From: the human T2T-CHM13v2.0 reference genome, Homo sapiens
Strand: one strand, 5' to 3'
DNA length: 64,000 nucleotides
NCBI RefSeq assembly: GCF_009914755.1
Contig: NC_060931.1
Shown here one piece after another: positions 14,491-28,954 of this stretch (within the stretch, counting starts at the first letter, position 1; each line of letters opens with the position of its first letter). The translations under genes and the position numbers were made by a program. Under the pieces are notes generated by a model, which was given only the letters and a program-made list of their open reading frames with translations, searched no databases and had not been told where the DNA came from.

Positions 14491-16664
14491 AAACAGAGAT
14501 AGTGCAAGGCACATAGGGAACGCTCCACACAGGTATAGATTCTTTTCCACACCCCTCATCAGAAGCTGAAGAGCATAGTCTCCATTATGATGAATTTAGG
14601 CAGGACCCATGGAAACAAATCCTGCGGAGAGCCTGAGCCAAGTGGAATTTGCCTCTGGAGAGCTGTGCCTGCCTTTCACAATGGAGTTCCACACAGGCAA
14701 GTTCTTTCTCCCTCTCCTCCATGTGGACCGGATAAACACAACATCCCTGCTCTGCCTTACTCAGCTCTATTGCTCAGTCCAGAGACATGTTGTTGTTATG
14801 AGATCTATAATCAACAGCCAGATTCGACTTTCTGTATGGGATTTTCTATCAAGGAAGGTTGTTTATGTCTTAATCAACTGTAGCATGCAACTCCTGCCAA
14901 CATATGTGTCACTGTGATTTCCATATTGAAGACTTCCCTTCCTCAAAATGATGTTTATTTAGTCTGTACACTTTGTTTAGATTCTCCTCATGGAAATTCT
15001 GGTTTTAGGGTTATGAAAGTAACTCTTACAGAGCTCCTAAATGTGGTGAGCTCCACATGAAAGCTGGCTTTCTTGAAGCTTATTATCAATGGATTGCCAT
15101 GCACAGAGGGTAATGGAGCTTAGAGAGGGCATCCACCTATCTTGCAACAGATAGTCACATAATGCACAACACAGGGTTCAACAACTCAGAGGATTTTCAG
15201 ACACTGAAACAACATAGGGCTGTTCTGTTGTTTAGTTGTTCTTTTTTGACCTCCTATCTTTCTATCTCTATTTACCCCCACTCTCCTTACCTGGATTCTT
15301 AGGAAGGAAAAGGCTGTGTTTTTGGAGACAGAAATTAAATGAATGAAGCCTATCCTAGTGTGCATTCCTATGAGCTCCACCACCATTCCTGTAGGAAAGA
15401 CTCATTGTTCACACATGCTGGGCTTAGAGAGCAGTATTCTTCCACTGCCCAGGAAAGAGAAATATAGTGTCTCCTTCCCCCTTATGTTTTGTAGTATTGA
15501 TGCAGGGGGCACGTGCTGTCAACTCACTCGGAGCTATGCACACAGAAATTTCAGAACGTTTTAAATGTTATAAAATTGCAAGTTAATAGCAGAAAGGGGT
15601 ATTTGAGGAAATTAGTCTTTCAAATAATTTATCAGAGTGCTTACAATTCCCATTTCAAGGCAGGTGAAGTAATAATGGATGGTTGGGACTTGAATCATAT
15701 TCAATGCATGAAGTAGAAAGGCCATCTGCATCCAAATTGTTTGAGTAAATGGAAGAACCAGAACTGTCTGGGCAGATATTGCTGCTGCTGCTGCTGTCAC
15801 CGTTTTAACTCGATGCCGAGTGGCAGCCCTGGGAGAAGGCAAAGAGAGCTAATGCTCATTGCCTTAAACAAAACCTTCCACGCGAATCCACATGCTACCC
15901 TTGTACCTCCCAGGCTATTTGAACCAGAAGTCAAAAAACAATCAGTGAAGAGTTTGGTTTCCTTCGAGAGAGAAGCCCAGCATTAAAATGCTGGTCTCTT
16001 CCTTGAATATGACTCCCTTGGTGTTCTAAAATAATAAAATGGCAATATCCTTTTAAACCAAAAAGCAATCTCCTCAAAATAATTATAGTGCATCAAGGAT
16101 AACTTGCAAATATGCTCCAGGAAATCAAGGCAAAGAGCAAATCAAGGGAAAAATAGATATTTCCTCAGTTAAGGCTGATGCAAATGGCAGCACTTTTATA
16201 GCATTTGGTCCTGGCAACATGGCTCAGCTGGGAGAAAGAACACCTAAAACCTGAATCCCATTAATTTTACAATACTATTTCCGTAGGGTTTCCACTGAGA
16301 CTTAGCAGGGTTTTTAGTATCCTTTTGTGGGAACATCAATACAATTATTTGTGGAGTACTTTGCAAAATGATCTGGGTCAATAATATACAGCCAGAATAA
16401 AGCGAAAAAGCCTAGTTTGGAGCTCTATTACCACTAACAAACCCAGCTCCACTGAGCAATTGTTTTTATGTGGTGATTTAAATTATGCAATAATTTAACC
16501 GACATGCTCTGTGAGAGAATCATTTATCCTCTGTTCTCTAACATGGCTGTCTTGGAAAGACTTACACCTTTAGAGAGAACATTAAACTAAGACAGCAAAT
16601 AAGAGAGGAAGAAAAAATGATCACAAATACAAAATTTAGGGGAAAATGCCACCTTGACTCCCTC

Positions 16665-16678
16665 CTGCCCTCTGCTGG
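16665..16678 (-). promoter_or_regulatory. CTCF core-motif match
   Basis: Reverse complement reads CCAGCAGAGGGCAG, matching the CCASYAGRKGGCRS consensus, in non-repeat sequence. Confidence 0.5.
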
Positions 16679-16819
16679 GTATTGTATGCATCCTCAGTCC
16701 ACCTCAGTTCTTTCTACAGGACAGTGTTGAGGTGATCTGGGTGTGACAAATATTTCTATTCTGGTGAATCTTATAGGTAAATATAATGAAAGTGAGTCAA
16801 GGGTTTGCTTTGTAAGTTT

Positions 16820-17102
16820 TCTGTTTTTTAAAATTGGGATAAAATAGACCTAAAAGTCCTCATTTTAGCCATTTTGAACTATACAGTTCAGTGACATTAA
16901 GTATACTCACCTTATTGGGAAACCATCACCACCAACCATCTTCAGAATGTTTTTTCATCTTGCAAAAGTGAAACTCTATCCATTGAACACAAACTGCCCC
17001 TTCCCACCCTTCCCCTAGCCAGTTTGCTTTCTGTCTCTACGAATCTGAATGCTCCAGGTACCTCACGTAAGAGGAATCATACAGTATTTGTCATTTTGTG
17101 AT
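16820..17102 (-). mobile_element. L1MB-type 3' end
   Basis: tatacagttcagtgacattaagtatactcacc...ctttctgtctctacgaat...ggaatcatacagtatttgtc. Confidence 0.85.
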
Positions 17103-17125
17103 CAAATGTTTATTTTTAAAACTCA

Positions 17126-17708
<583 letters not shown>

Positions 17709-19819
17709 CTATCCTTTTGGGCTCCAGAGGTTCACTGGATCCATGTCCTTATCTCATGAACCAGTTTCTTCCAGTGCAGTTTCTCATTTTGTAAAACGTT
17801 AAGAAATTTTCCAGGGGTTAAGAGTACGGCCCTTGCTCACTGTTCATCTCATGCATGCAGTGATCACCTATCAGTTAACTTTAGTATGCCTGACCCCCGA
17901 GACCTTGAGCCCCAAGTATCTGCCATTATCCCACCCTTTGCCTGAAACCTTATAACATAAAGGTAGCTGTTTACTACTTGCGACCCTGGGATTAGGACAA
18001 TAATTGTCCCTCAGGTCTACTCCATTTAGGTAAGCTTCTTGAAAGGTGCTTGGGGGGCTTCTAAACTGTGTGATTTGTAGAATCAGCAAAAGGATTAGTT
18101 GAAACAAACCGAAACCACACTGTATTCCTTCTACTAAGCACAGGTATAGCCAACAACCAAGCAACAAAAAGAAAGCCAATTAATGTTGGTGTATTGCCAG
18201 GACAGTTGAGCAGCTACCTCCTCGCCAGCCTAGTGGAGTAGTGGGAAATGCTCATGGAACCTCCCGCTGCCACCTGGTTCATCTCTAGGTCCCACTCACA
18301 ACAGGACCCTCCAGGGGGGTCTCCTGGCATCTGGACTGATGTACTTTGGTTGCCCTCCCTGAGGGGGTTATGAGTTGACACTTAAAGTCACAGAGTCCTT
18401 ACTATCTGCTGCATTTCTAACGCTCTAGCTGCCGATGTTCCTGTTTGCTCTTGGCAAGTCTGTGCAATTCCTGGAGAGATGTTCTCATTCTGTAAATCTA
18501 CTAGCTGTTTAAATACAACAGCAAACAGAGTGACCTTCTCACTGTCGGTTCCGGCAGTGCTGGGAGAGTTTGATAGTTTTAACAGACTTTGGTGGGAAGA
18601 GAAAAAGTTCCTGTCTGGAAGAGTCACTTCCCTGCCTTGGTCTCTGAAGGACCTGACTGGGGTTGCTTACCACACTAGACTGTCAAGCCATCCCTCCCAC
18701 ACAGCAACTAGGCTTAAGAGAGTCCATCTGCTGCTTCTACAAGATTTTATTTTGCTGTTTATTTAACAGTTTTATGCCCACTTAATATTATGCTTTCTTA
18801 TGACATTTACGATTGAGTTGTAGTGACTTAATAAATGCTTAGTGGCTGAATAAACCATTAGAGCAAAAAACTTGTGTTAAAATATTCAAGGCATTATTTC
18901 TCGGAATACGGTAAACTCTTATCCGTTTATATGACAATAAACTGGCTCACAGGAATCAAAGTCAAGTTATAGAGAACATTTTTATTTAAAATTAGACTTA
19001 TAGGCATAACTCATATTTCCACTCTGGTTTACTAAGACTAGGTAATTTATATAATTGTAGTGTGAACTACCTCGTTATATAAGCCAAGAGGTATCTTTAG
19101 TTGGTTTTGGTCAGATGTCCACCTGGAGTGGTCTTCGTCAGGATGGAGGTCTGTTTGCATGGGTCCTCATAAAGCTGGCAAAGTGATGCCCACCTATTTA
19201 TGCTCTGCTAGTGAGTGGCCCACCTCCAGGCTGGAGCCTGTATCCTTTGTTCACTTAGCCTGATTCTGAGCTCCCAACCTTAGCTCCATCAGCATGGCCC
19301 CTGAACAGCTGCAAACAACTTTCTATCCTAAACTTCTGAAACACACAGCAAATGGCTCAGAACTCAAGATCTGGCCTCCTGCAGAAAAATTCTTAGAAGC
19401 CAGTTTGCCCTGTCACTGGCCTCTAGCAAGCTCCTCCTTCTCGGGGGTGTTGGAAGCCTCCATGGAGGAGATGGTCTGTAGACCTAGCTCAGTTCCCTGC
19501 AGTAGATGCTCACATCACACACAGTGGCTCTCATTATATTATATTGTCAAAGTGGGTCTGGACTTACATGTTGGGGCTCTGGCTTTCGGTTCCATCCCTA
19601 AGTCTTATTTTTACTTTTATTTTTAAGGGAGTGCTTGTTATGGGTGAGGACCTGTCACTATTTCCCTTCGCAATCCAATTCTAGGCTGAACAATGACTTG
19701 ACTTTCTGGAGACATATTCGTTGATGGCCACATTTTCACCTGTGAACTTCTTAGATGCTTAGGCTTCTCTAGAATAAAATGATCTTTTAAAAATAACTGA
19801 AATAGTCTCTAAAGCAGCA

Positions 19820-20000
19820 GTATTCCACTGCTTGGGTTCCCACCCCAGCTCTCTCTTTCAGCATCGGCTTATCAAAGTCTCTTCCAAGCGTTTTAGTTTT
19901 CTCATCTGGAAGATATAATAACAGTGCTTCATGGGTATGTGTGGGGATTTGACAACCAAATCCATGAAAATCACCTGGATCAGTAATTTAACGCTACTAT
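19820..20000 (+). mobile_element. MIR
   Basis: gggttcccaccccagctct...tagttttctcatctggaagat. Confidence 0.55.
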
Positions 20001-20544
20001 TATTGTTGACGTCTTTTCTTAATGCAAAGTTCCAATATTGGATTGACTTGTGGCGAGAGACACGGGGGATGGAGAAAGGAGTGAGGGCAGAGAACAGGGA
20101 AAGAGTAGAAGTCCCGGGGAGGGACCAAGCAGAGTCTGATGCACCAGGGGTGACTTGAGATGCTTTTGCCTTGGAATCCCCAGCCTGGGCCTGATACCCT
20201 CAGAAGTCACAGCCTGGTTCTCTTTCCCTCCAGAACCTGAATTGGCTGTCAGTGACCTTTCAGAGTAACCTGTTTAGGAACTTTTCATGCCCCTGATGTT
20301 GAGGGGAATTTAGGGATTGTATGACTGTTCAATGACTCAAGGGTTTGGGAACTTAGTCGAAGGGCCCCTATTAAACATTTGATGGCTTCCCAAAGGACAC
20401 CTCTCCTTACTCATTCTTCTAACTCATTGAAGGGCATAGTTAAACCAAGAAAGAGTTACTTGACACAGCATTCCAAATACTCAACTCTAGCAAGCAATAT
20501 ACCTGACCTTCATCTAAAGCTGCTTATTTAAAGACAAAATCCCT

Positions 20545-20680
20545 AACATCCTCTCCTGTAAAATGGAGATGATAATAACTGCTCCATGGGGTTGTTTAAA
20601 TGAGGTAGCATTAGATTTGAGAGTGCTAGGCGTAGAGATTGGCACAACATAAAGAGTTCAGCAAACATTTCATGCTGCTT
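20545..20680 (+). mobile_element. MIR
   Basis: cctgtaaaatggagatgataataac...tttaaatgagg...tggcacaacataaag. Confidence 0.7.
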
Positions 20681-21115
20681 CTGCTGCTGCTGGGAATGAC
20701 AATAGTTAAAACTGAGGCCCACACCCAGCGAGGATGCTGAAACAGCAACACAGATGTCCTTGACTGGGGCTTCACACAACAATTGCTCACGGTGCTTTTC
20801 CAGTGATTTAGAGTTTACAAGGCACTTTCACACGCTTTATCTTATTGGAGCCTCACAAAGGCAAAATGAGGAAGATTTGGGACAGAGTAATATTCAACTA
20901 GCCCTCTATGGGAGCTCCAGAGGATGGGGTGAGGAGGGTGTAAGGAAATGTGAGGGGTGAAAATTGTCTTTCCTGCTCCTGGATTCTTCTGCCAGCTTAA
21001 AAAAGTCACGAGGAATCATGATTAAAAGCTCATTAGACATGAAGCTTTGGAGGGTGGGACCCAATCTCTTAGTTCTTGGACACGCCCCTTCTTGCTGCAC
21101 TGCACGCTCCTTCTA

Positions 21116-21225
21116 GGGACTGAGGCTCACACGACAGGCACTCAGCACACACTGATGAGCTGCTCACCCTGGGACTGAGGCTCACATGGCAGGTACTCAG
21201 CACACACTGGTGACCTAATCACCCT
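21116..21225 (+). repeat. 55-bp tandem duplication (2 diverged copies)
   Basis: gggactgaggctcaca...ctcagcacacactg...tcaccct at 21116-21170 and 21171-21225. Confidence 0.9.
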
Positions 21226-21389
21226 GGTTTTGCCAAGGAACAAGTTCAATGGAAGGACTGTCCTATGGTTGTTTTTGCAAAAGCTGCAGAGTGATCTATT
21301 CCTTTCCGGTACTCAAGAAAGGACAAAGACTTCCTCTTTGACAGGCCATGGGAATTCAATTCAGAAGGATTCAAGCACGTCCCTGTTTT

Positions 21390-21540
21390 AGTTACATGGC
21401 CTTAAGCAACTTCTCTGAGCCTCGGTTTCCTCATCTGTAAAATGATGGTAGTATTAACTATTTTGTTCTTATAAAGATTAGGGAAAATGTCTTGGCATAT
21501 ATCAGGGGAGCATCAGATGGTAGTTACTATAATTACGACT
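21390..21540 (+). mobile_element. MIR
   Basis: cttctctgagcctcggtttcctcatctgtaaaatg. Confidence 0.8.
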
Positions 21541-21932
21541 GCACCTCCAAAGTCAAAGGGTGACAGGATAGAGAAAAAAGGAAAACAAACTTCGTTGCAA
21601 AAATATCATAGGCTAGGGAATGTTTACAATTATCTAGGGCCTATCTACTTTCCAAAAACCATTGCCTATCTTACAACTAAATCTAGGTTACGAAAGAAAA
21701 ATAAAACAAAATAAAAATAAAACATCCCACCAAACACACACCCTCCCCAGGCCCAGCATTAAAGTAATGTGCATATTTATTGGTCAGGCAGGCTGAGCCT
21801 GCTCTGTTAAATGCCTGTCTGTGTTCCAAGGACACTACCACACCTTTGCAACATAGATCATTCCCTAGGAAACCTGGCTGAAATCTATAGGTTTCACAGT
21901 GCTTGGGTCCTCTCCATTTATAGCTGACCTAA

Positions 21933-22249
21933 TTTTTTTCTTTCCTTTTCTTTCTTTCTTTTTTTTGAGATGGAGTCTCACTCTGTTGCCCAGGCTGGAG
22001 TGCAGTGGCATCAACTCGGCTCACTGTGATCTCTGCCTCCCTGGTTCAAGCGATTCTCCCTGCCTCAGCCTCCCGAGTAGCTGGGATTACAGGCCCCCAC
22101 CAGGATGCCTGGCTAATTTTTGTATTTTTAGTGGAGATGTGGTTTTGCCATGTTGGCCAGGCTGGTCTTGAACTCCTGACCTCAGGTGATCTGCCCGCCT
22201 TGGCCTCCCAAAGTGCTGGGATTACAGGTATGAGCTACCGAGCTTGGCC
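21933..22249 (-). mobile_element. AluSx-type
   Basis: Full dimer; TSD acctaatttttt at 21927-21938 and 22250-22261. Confidence 0.95.
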
Positions 22250-22964
22250 ACCTAATTTTTTCTTTAGAAGACATGTGCACACAGTTGTGCAGGTCTGTGT
22301 GCAAGCCGATCCTGAAGGTTGGGAGTTGATGTTCTTCCTGTCCAAGTCCTGTGGCCTCAGGGCTGTTACCCACGTACCTGCCCAGGCAGGAGTCATGACA
22401 TAGAGAACGTTTTATTCTGTTAGCAGTTGTTCTAGAATCCTTCTTAGGGAGATCTACCTTTGAAGACTTCTACTTAAGGCAAAAATAGTTTCCAGGGTCA
22501 GAGAAAGGAAGGGCATGGGAATATGTAATGGAAGGAGAATTGTCATGGTGGGGTGCGGGGAAGAGGATGAGGAAGAGAGGAAGAGAAGGAGAGGAGGAGA
22601 AAGGGTGAGGGAGAAGGCAGAGTGATGTGGGCTGGATACCGTTCCTCTTTCCACACATACCTCCCAATCTTAATAAATACGATAATATGATAACTGTACA
22701 CTGCTAGTTGTGGTTAGTTCCTTGTAGAAAGCTATGGTAGGTGGATTCTTGGCTGTCACCAGGTGACACCAATGCAGCAAAGGAGGACAAAGAGGCTGAA
22801 AGCCACAGGACACGGGGAATGCTAGATCCACAAGAATTTGCAAAACTTGGGGAGAGCTTTAAATTTTTCCAGGCTTGGATGCTATTGGGTTAAAAAAAAG
22901 TCTTCATTCAAGGGACAGGGATGGACATCATCTGCCACAGCTTTCCCCCAACTTACCCTGTGCC

Positions 22965-23315
22965 CAGATGCCAGCCTGCTTGCTGCTCCCGAGAGCCTTG
23001 CACAAGAGACCTTTGTCCTGGCTGTTCCCTCCGTTGAAATGCTTTGCCTCTCACTCCTGTCACTCTGGGAATGTGACCTTCCTGAGAAGCCTTCCCCACT
23101 GCCGAACCTAAGATGGCCCTCACACTGCTCTCTAGCAATGCAGCCCTGTTGTAATATTTTTACAGCTCTCATTACTCTCGGACATCTATACTACATAAGT
23201 GCGTTTATTGCCAGTTTCCCCCGACTTGTACATGTGCTCTCTGGGGGCAGGGCCTTTGCCTTTTGTGTTTACTTCCTTGTCTCCAGCTCAAAAGCACTCA
23301 ATAAATACTGAGCAG
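22965..23315 (+). mobile_element. L2 3' end
   Basis: ggctgttccctcc...gaccttcctgagaagccttcccc...gggggcagggcc...gcactcaataaatactga. Confidence 0.7.
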
Positions 23316-25606
23316 TGACAGGCAGATGGCACAGTGCTGAACCCACACCCCTCCTCAGGACAGCTCAGGTCTAGCCTGTGTACAGCGGCACCAAGCACAT
23401 TCCTCAAGGGCTGCTGCTGACCTTGATGATGTTGTGGTTATTTTATCTCTTCTCTCATTCTCTATCCTCCTTAATCTATTTTCTGCTGTTAGAGCCTTTG
23501 GGAATCTGCTAACCCTTCCCTTGCATCACCTCTCATTCCTGTCCTTGCAGTGTACAAAGCCCACTTTGTTGCTCATCCTCACACCACACTATTCTTCCAC
23601 CCAATGTTCATTATCAGCTTGATGTTTTTTCTTATTTCAATTTTAGCAGAATGCATGTTGTTCCAGTGGGGCTCTTTTCAAACTGATGTCTTGCTCTTCT
23701 TAGTGCCTCAAACTAGATCCTGTTTAGACATCTTATAACAGGTTACTATGAGTTTATTTTGGTGCAAAAAATTTTGAAATCCATGAATAGTTTTTTCATA
23801 ATATGTTTTTCCAATGAACTTTTGAAGACCCCCTGTACATCATGGTGTCTGCTACAGACGTCAACAGGATCCACATCACACAATTTTGAAGAGAGGGATA
23901 GAGGCGGTGAAAGTTGCAAGGACACAAAGCCAGGTCTTTGACCATAGCTAAGTGTTATTAATCTGGGCCATAGCCCAGGGCTTGTTCTTACTTAGGATGA
24001 GAAAATGAGCAAAGCCTCACTCTCCTTCTGACTTTAAAATATGACATACTCACCCTTCTAGGGCTCTCAAAACTATTTGGGTCCACCATTTAGTGTGATA
24101 ACAGATCTGGTTTATCCTAATCCATTGTCTATGGTGACAGTAGTGACAATGGCAATAAAGATTTATAAACTCTTGACAGCCATTGGCAGAAGCCAGTCTC
24201 CCTAAATCTATTACAAGCTGCCTAGTTTTGGGGAAGCTTCTAATAAACATAGCTCTGGTGACTGTTAGGGAAGGCATTGAGTGAAGACATAGAGTAGACA
24301 GTGGGCATAACTGGCTAGGAGGTTCTCCTGATGAGACTGAAGACCTAAGCTGGAGAGCATAGGTCTTTCTGGCCCTGTGGAAAAGGATCTTAAAGTGACT
24401 AGCATGTTCATCAGTTGTGTAGAGGTTATAAAAACCCACATGTTCCTGAAATTCTTCCCCAGCTCCCCCTAAATCCAGACTGAATTAATAAAAGTTAGAG
24501 CTCATCTTTGAACATTTTTTTGTTGGCAAATGAAAAACTAATTTTGTCAATACAAACAGTTGCAATGACAATACAAGTATTTCTGGGGCCTTGGCCTCTA
24601 AGGATGCCCAGGTGCCTATAAGTCACTTTATTAGTGTTAGATATCTGTCTTACCCTCTCTCTGTCCAAGCACATTTGAAGTTTTTTTTTGTCACATTAAT
24701 GGGTTTCTTGGCTACTTTTTCTTGAGTTCTGTGCTGCACAGGTTGCCATGATTCCTGAGCCTGAAAAAGCAGTTGACAAATCCACTAAGGTAAAGTACCA
24801 CCTACACTGAAAACTATTTGTGAAGTGGAAACTCTCTCACAGCTTCTGATTCATTCAATGACGCTTTGACCAAAATGCCATGTCATAGGTGAGCAGAATA
24901 TATGATGGGAAATATGGGCAGGAAACATGCTCTGTTTGACAATCGTGTTAGGGGAGGTAGGAGTAGGGGCATCCTAGGTGAAACTATAACTGTGTGTTAG
25001 TCTCAGCAGCTCAGGGTGGGCTTTATAAAATGATGAGAATTCAGTGGCTTTGAGTAAGGCCTTGGGGTGCCATGATTAAAATTCTTAGTTGTAAAGTGAG
25101 GGCAAAGATCAGGCCAACATCTGAGGAGAGAGGAGGAAAGAGGAGTGAATGATTTTATTACACTGGTGCTTTTAGTCTGGGGCCAAGCATGGTAGGGTAT
25201 CCAATCACAGTTTGGGTCTTGGCTATTGTGTCCTCAGAGATATGAAAGTCACTTTTATAGTTTATCTTTATTTCAGTGGGAGCTTGGGTTCATTCTGGAA
25301 GTATAGGTTTGAAGTAGGCAAGGACAAAATGTTTGGCATATAATAGATATAAAAAAAGAGTTGATGCAAATCTTCCCCTGGCTCATCTTTCAGGCACTTT
25401 CTCCACAGTGTTTGGCAGAGAGGCTTCAAGGGAATGAAGCACCATGGAATCCCCATGAGAAGCCTTCTCTACTGTCATCAGAGCAGCATAGGTAATTTTG
25501 GAAGTGAAGGGGTAGGAATGGAAGGTGATAGCCAGGTGAAGCATTTTCTCTCTATCTTCCTGATTTCTTACACTCTTCATTATTCTCTCAGAACACTGTC
25601 ACCTAC

Positions 25607-26042
25607 TATGATGGTTAATTTTATTGTGTCAACTTGACTGGATCAAGGGGTCAACTTGAAAGGACCATTGGGGTGACCAGATGTTTGGCTAAATGTGATT
25701 TCTGGGTGTATCTGTGAGTGTGTTTCTGGCTGAGATTAGCATTTGAATTGCTGGACTAAGTAAAGCAGATGGCACATGTGGTGGGCATCATCCAATCTGT
25801 TGAGGGCCTGAATAGAACTAAAGGCCAAGGAAGAGAGATTTTGCCCCTGCTGTCTGACCACTTAAGCTGGGACGTCAGTCTTCTACTGCTCTGAGACTTA
25901 GACTTACACCATCAACTCTGTTGGTTCTCAACCTTTGCAGTCATACTCAACTACATTACTGGCTTTCTTGGGTCTCCAGCTTGCAGATGGCAGATGGTGG
26001 GAATTTTCAGTCTCCACAATTGTGTGAGCCAATTCTTCATTA

Positions 26043-26088
<46 letters not shown>

Positions 26089-26165
26089 ATCTATCTATCA
26101 TCTATCTATCATCCATCTATCTATCATCATCATCATCATCTCCTATTTGTTCCTTGACTAATACA
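25607..26165 (+). mobile_element. MLT2-family (ERVL) LTR with internal (TATC)n
   Basis: tatgatggttaattttattgtgtcaacttgactgg...gggcatcatccaatctgttgagggcctgaatagaac...gactaataca. Confidence 0.88.
26043..26140. repeat. (TATC)11 compound tetranucleotide STR
   Basis: 11 perfect TATC units 26043-26086, then degenerate TATC/CAT units. Confidence 0.95.
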
Positions 26166-26172
26166 GATTTAA

Positions 26173-26576
26173 TGCTGTTGACTGAATATCTGTGTCCTCT
26201 TCCCACAATTCATATGTTGAAACCCTAATCCCCAATGTGACAGTATTTGGAAATAGGATGCTTTGGGAGGTAATTGGGTTATAAAGGTGGAGCTCTTGTA
26301 ATGGGATTAGTGCCCTCATAAGAAAAGGCATAAGAAAACTTGCTTCCTTTCTCTCCTTTCTCTCTCTCTGTATCTCTCTCTCTCTCTTTGCTATATGAAG
26401 ATACAGTAAGAAGGTAGTCATCTGCAAACCAGGAAGAAGACCCTCACCAGACACTGGATTTGCTGGCACCTTGAGCTTAGATTTCCCAGTCTTCAGAACT
26501 GTGAGAAATAAGTGTTTGTTATTGAAGTCACCTAGTCTATGATACTCTATTTTAGCTATCTGAAATGACTAAGACA
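26173..26576 (+). mobile_element. MLT1A-type MaLR LTR
   Basis: aattcatatgttgaaaccctaatccccaatgtg...ccctcaccagacactggatttgctggcaccttg...gactaagaca. Confidence 0.88.
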
Positions 26577-26852
26577 CCTCCATTCAAGTATTTTGACACT
26601 ACTGGCAGGGCAGGGGTGGTGGTGTTCCCTACTACAGACATGGAAACAGACATGGAAAATGATTCCAACTACTTGCTTTGGGCAAAAAAGTTACAAATGT
26701 CAGAGCAGGGCATAGAACCATGTCTCAAAGCCTAATGTGTTGTGTTTTCTGCCAAGCAGCAATGACTTTTTGTCTTATGTGTTTCAGCTCTTCTTTTTGT
26801 TTCTGCACATCCAAATCTCCTTCTCTCTCTTTCTCTCCCCCTCCCTAACCTC

Positions 26853-26860
26853 TCTGTCTG

Positions 26861-26912
<52 letters not shown>
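26853..26912. repeat. (TCTG)2(TCTA)13 tetranucleotide STR
   Basis: Direct count of uninterrupted units. Confidence 0.97.
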
Positions 26913-26913
<1 letters not shown>

Positions 26914-28049
26914 TCATGTAGGAATGACCCACCAGGCAAGTTAGTGTTTTAATCAAGGAATAAATGGCTACTGGACAATAGCCAAGTAGCTATTACTGGT
27001 GAAATATTTCTTTAATTTCAGCTACATTAATTCAGGATTTGTTGATAATTCACCCAGAGCATATTATGAGCTATCTGTTGAGATGAAAATAATTAGTAAG
27101 AATTCAATAAAAAGAGAGGGTTTTAATTTATTAAGAGAACAAATCATTTAAGAACTTTAGAGTTTGATGAACTCAACACAATTAATGTTTGTCTCTGTGT
27201 ATAAACAATTCATATACTAAATATTCTGTCCATTAAAGCCAGCTTAGCAGGGTCTCAATTTGGAAACACTTTGTTGGTTGTTTGAGTAACTCTATATCAT
27301 ACTTGAGTAGAGTATGACATTAAGTGAAAATGAACTTGAGAATATAGGCTATTATTAGAAATGAGAATTAAAGCAGGCTAGAGCCTTTATTATCAGAAAG
27401 TAGAGAAAGATAGCCATAGGAGACCAGGAAATAACACCATTTAGCCTCCAGGGAAGAAGCACAGGAAAAATAATGCCTCTTTGCATTAACCTACCGCATC
27501 CAGGTCAGAGGAAGCCTAATGTGAATGGATCTGAGTACACAGATATTTAATGAGTCCAGGCACTTGCAGGTGGAGAATTTTGAGAAACAAGGAAAGGAGG
27601 CTTAGATTCTAGGTCAGAATGGAAAGTTTTTCTTTTTGCTTTTCTCTCTCTGCAAATTTTCTTTCCTTTCTTCTAGAACTTCTTTCCTAAAAGGGGTGAG
27701 AAGCTGCCTCCCCTGCAAGCTTTCTATTTGCCCTCCTCCTACCTCCAGGGGCTTGTTGGTCAGAGTCAGATTCCCCTTCTCTTCCTTGCTTTTCCTTGGT
27801 CTGTTTTTCTTTAGTCTGGTCTAGCCTGGCCATTCGAAAGCCAGTAATTAGAAGGCTAGGGTATGAGTCTGTATGTAAAGGAAATGTGTAAGTAAGTGCC
27901 TCTGCTGGCTTTGCCTCTAACTCCCGTGGCTACTGAGTTTAAGCAAGACAGTTATAGAGACTCCATTATGGTTTCCACATTGGGATCTGGGCCCAAAGCC
28001 CCAGTTAGCAATAAGGTGATATTTACCTAGGCTTGTGCTGTATGTGTTC

Positions 28050-28954
<905 letters not shown>

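Noticed and set aside
16178-16185. Isolated ATGCAAAT octamers (also 25364 and 48491)
   Set aside because: Several are expected by chance in 64 kb of AT-rich DNA, and there is no supporting context.
18264-18280. Other CTCF-like strings (gctgccacctggttc; also near 41730 and 43736)
   Set aside because: They lack the conserved 5' CC of the core motif; weak matches.
19060-19105. ACTACCTC (let-7 seed complement) within a short tacctc...gaggta hairpin
   Set aside because: Stem too short and no further similarity to let-7 precursors; expected by chance.
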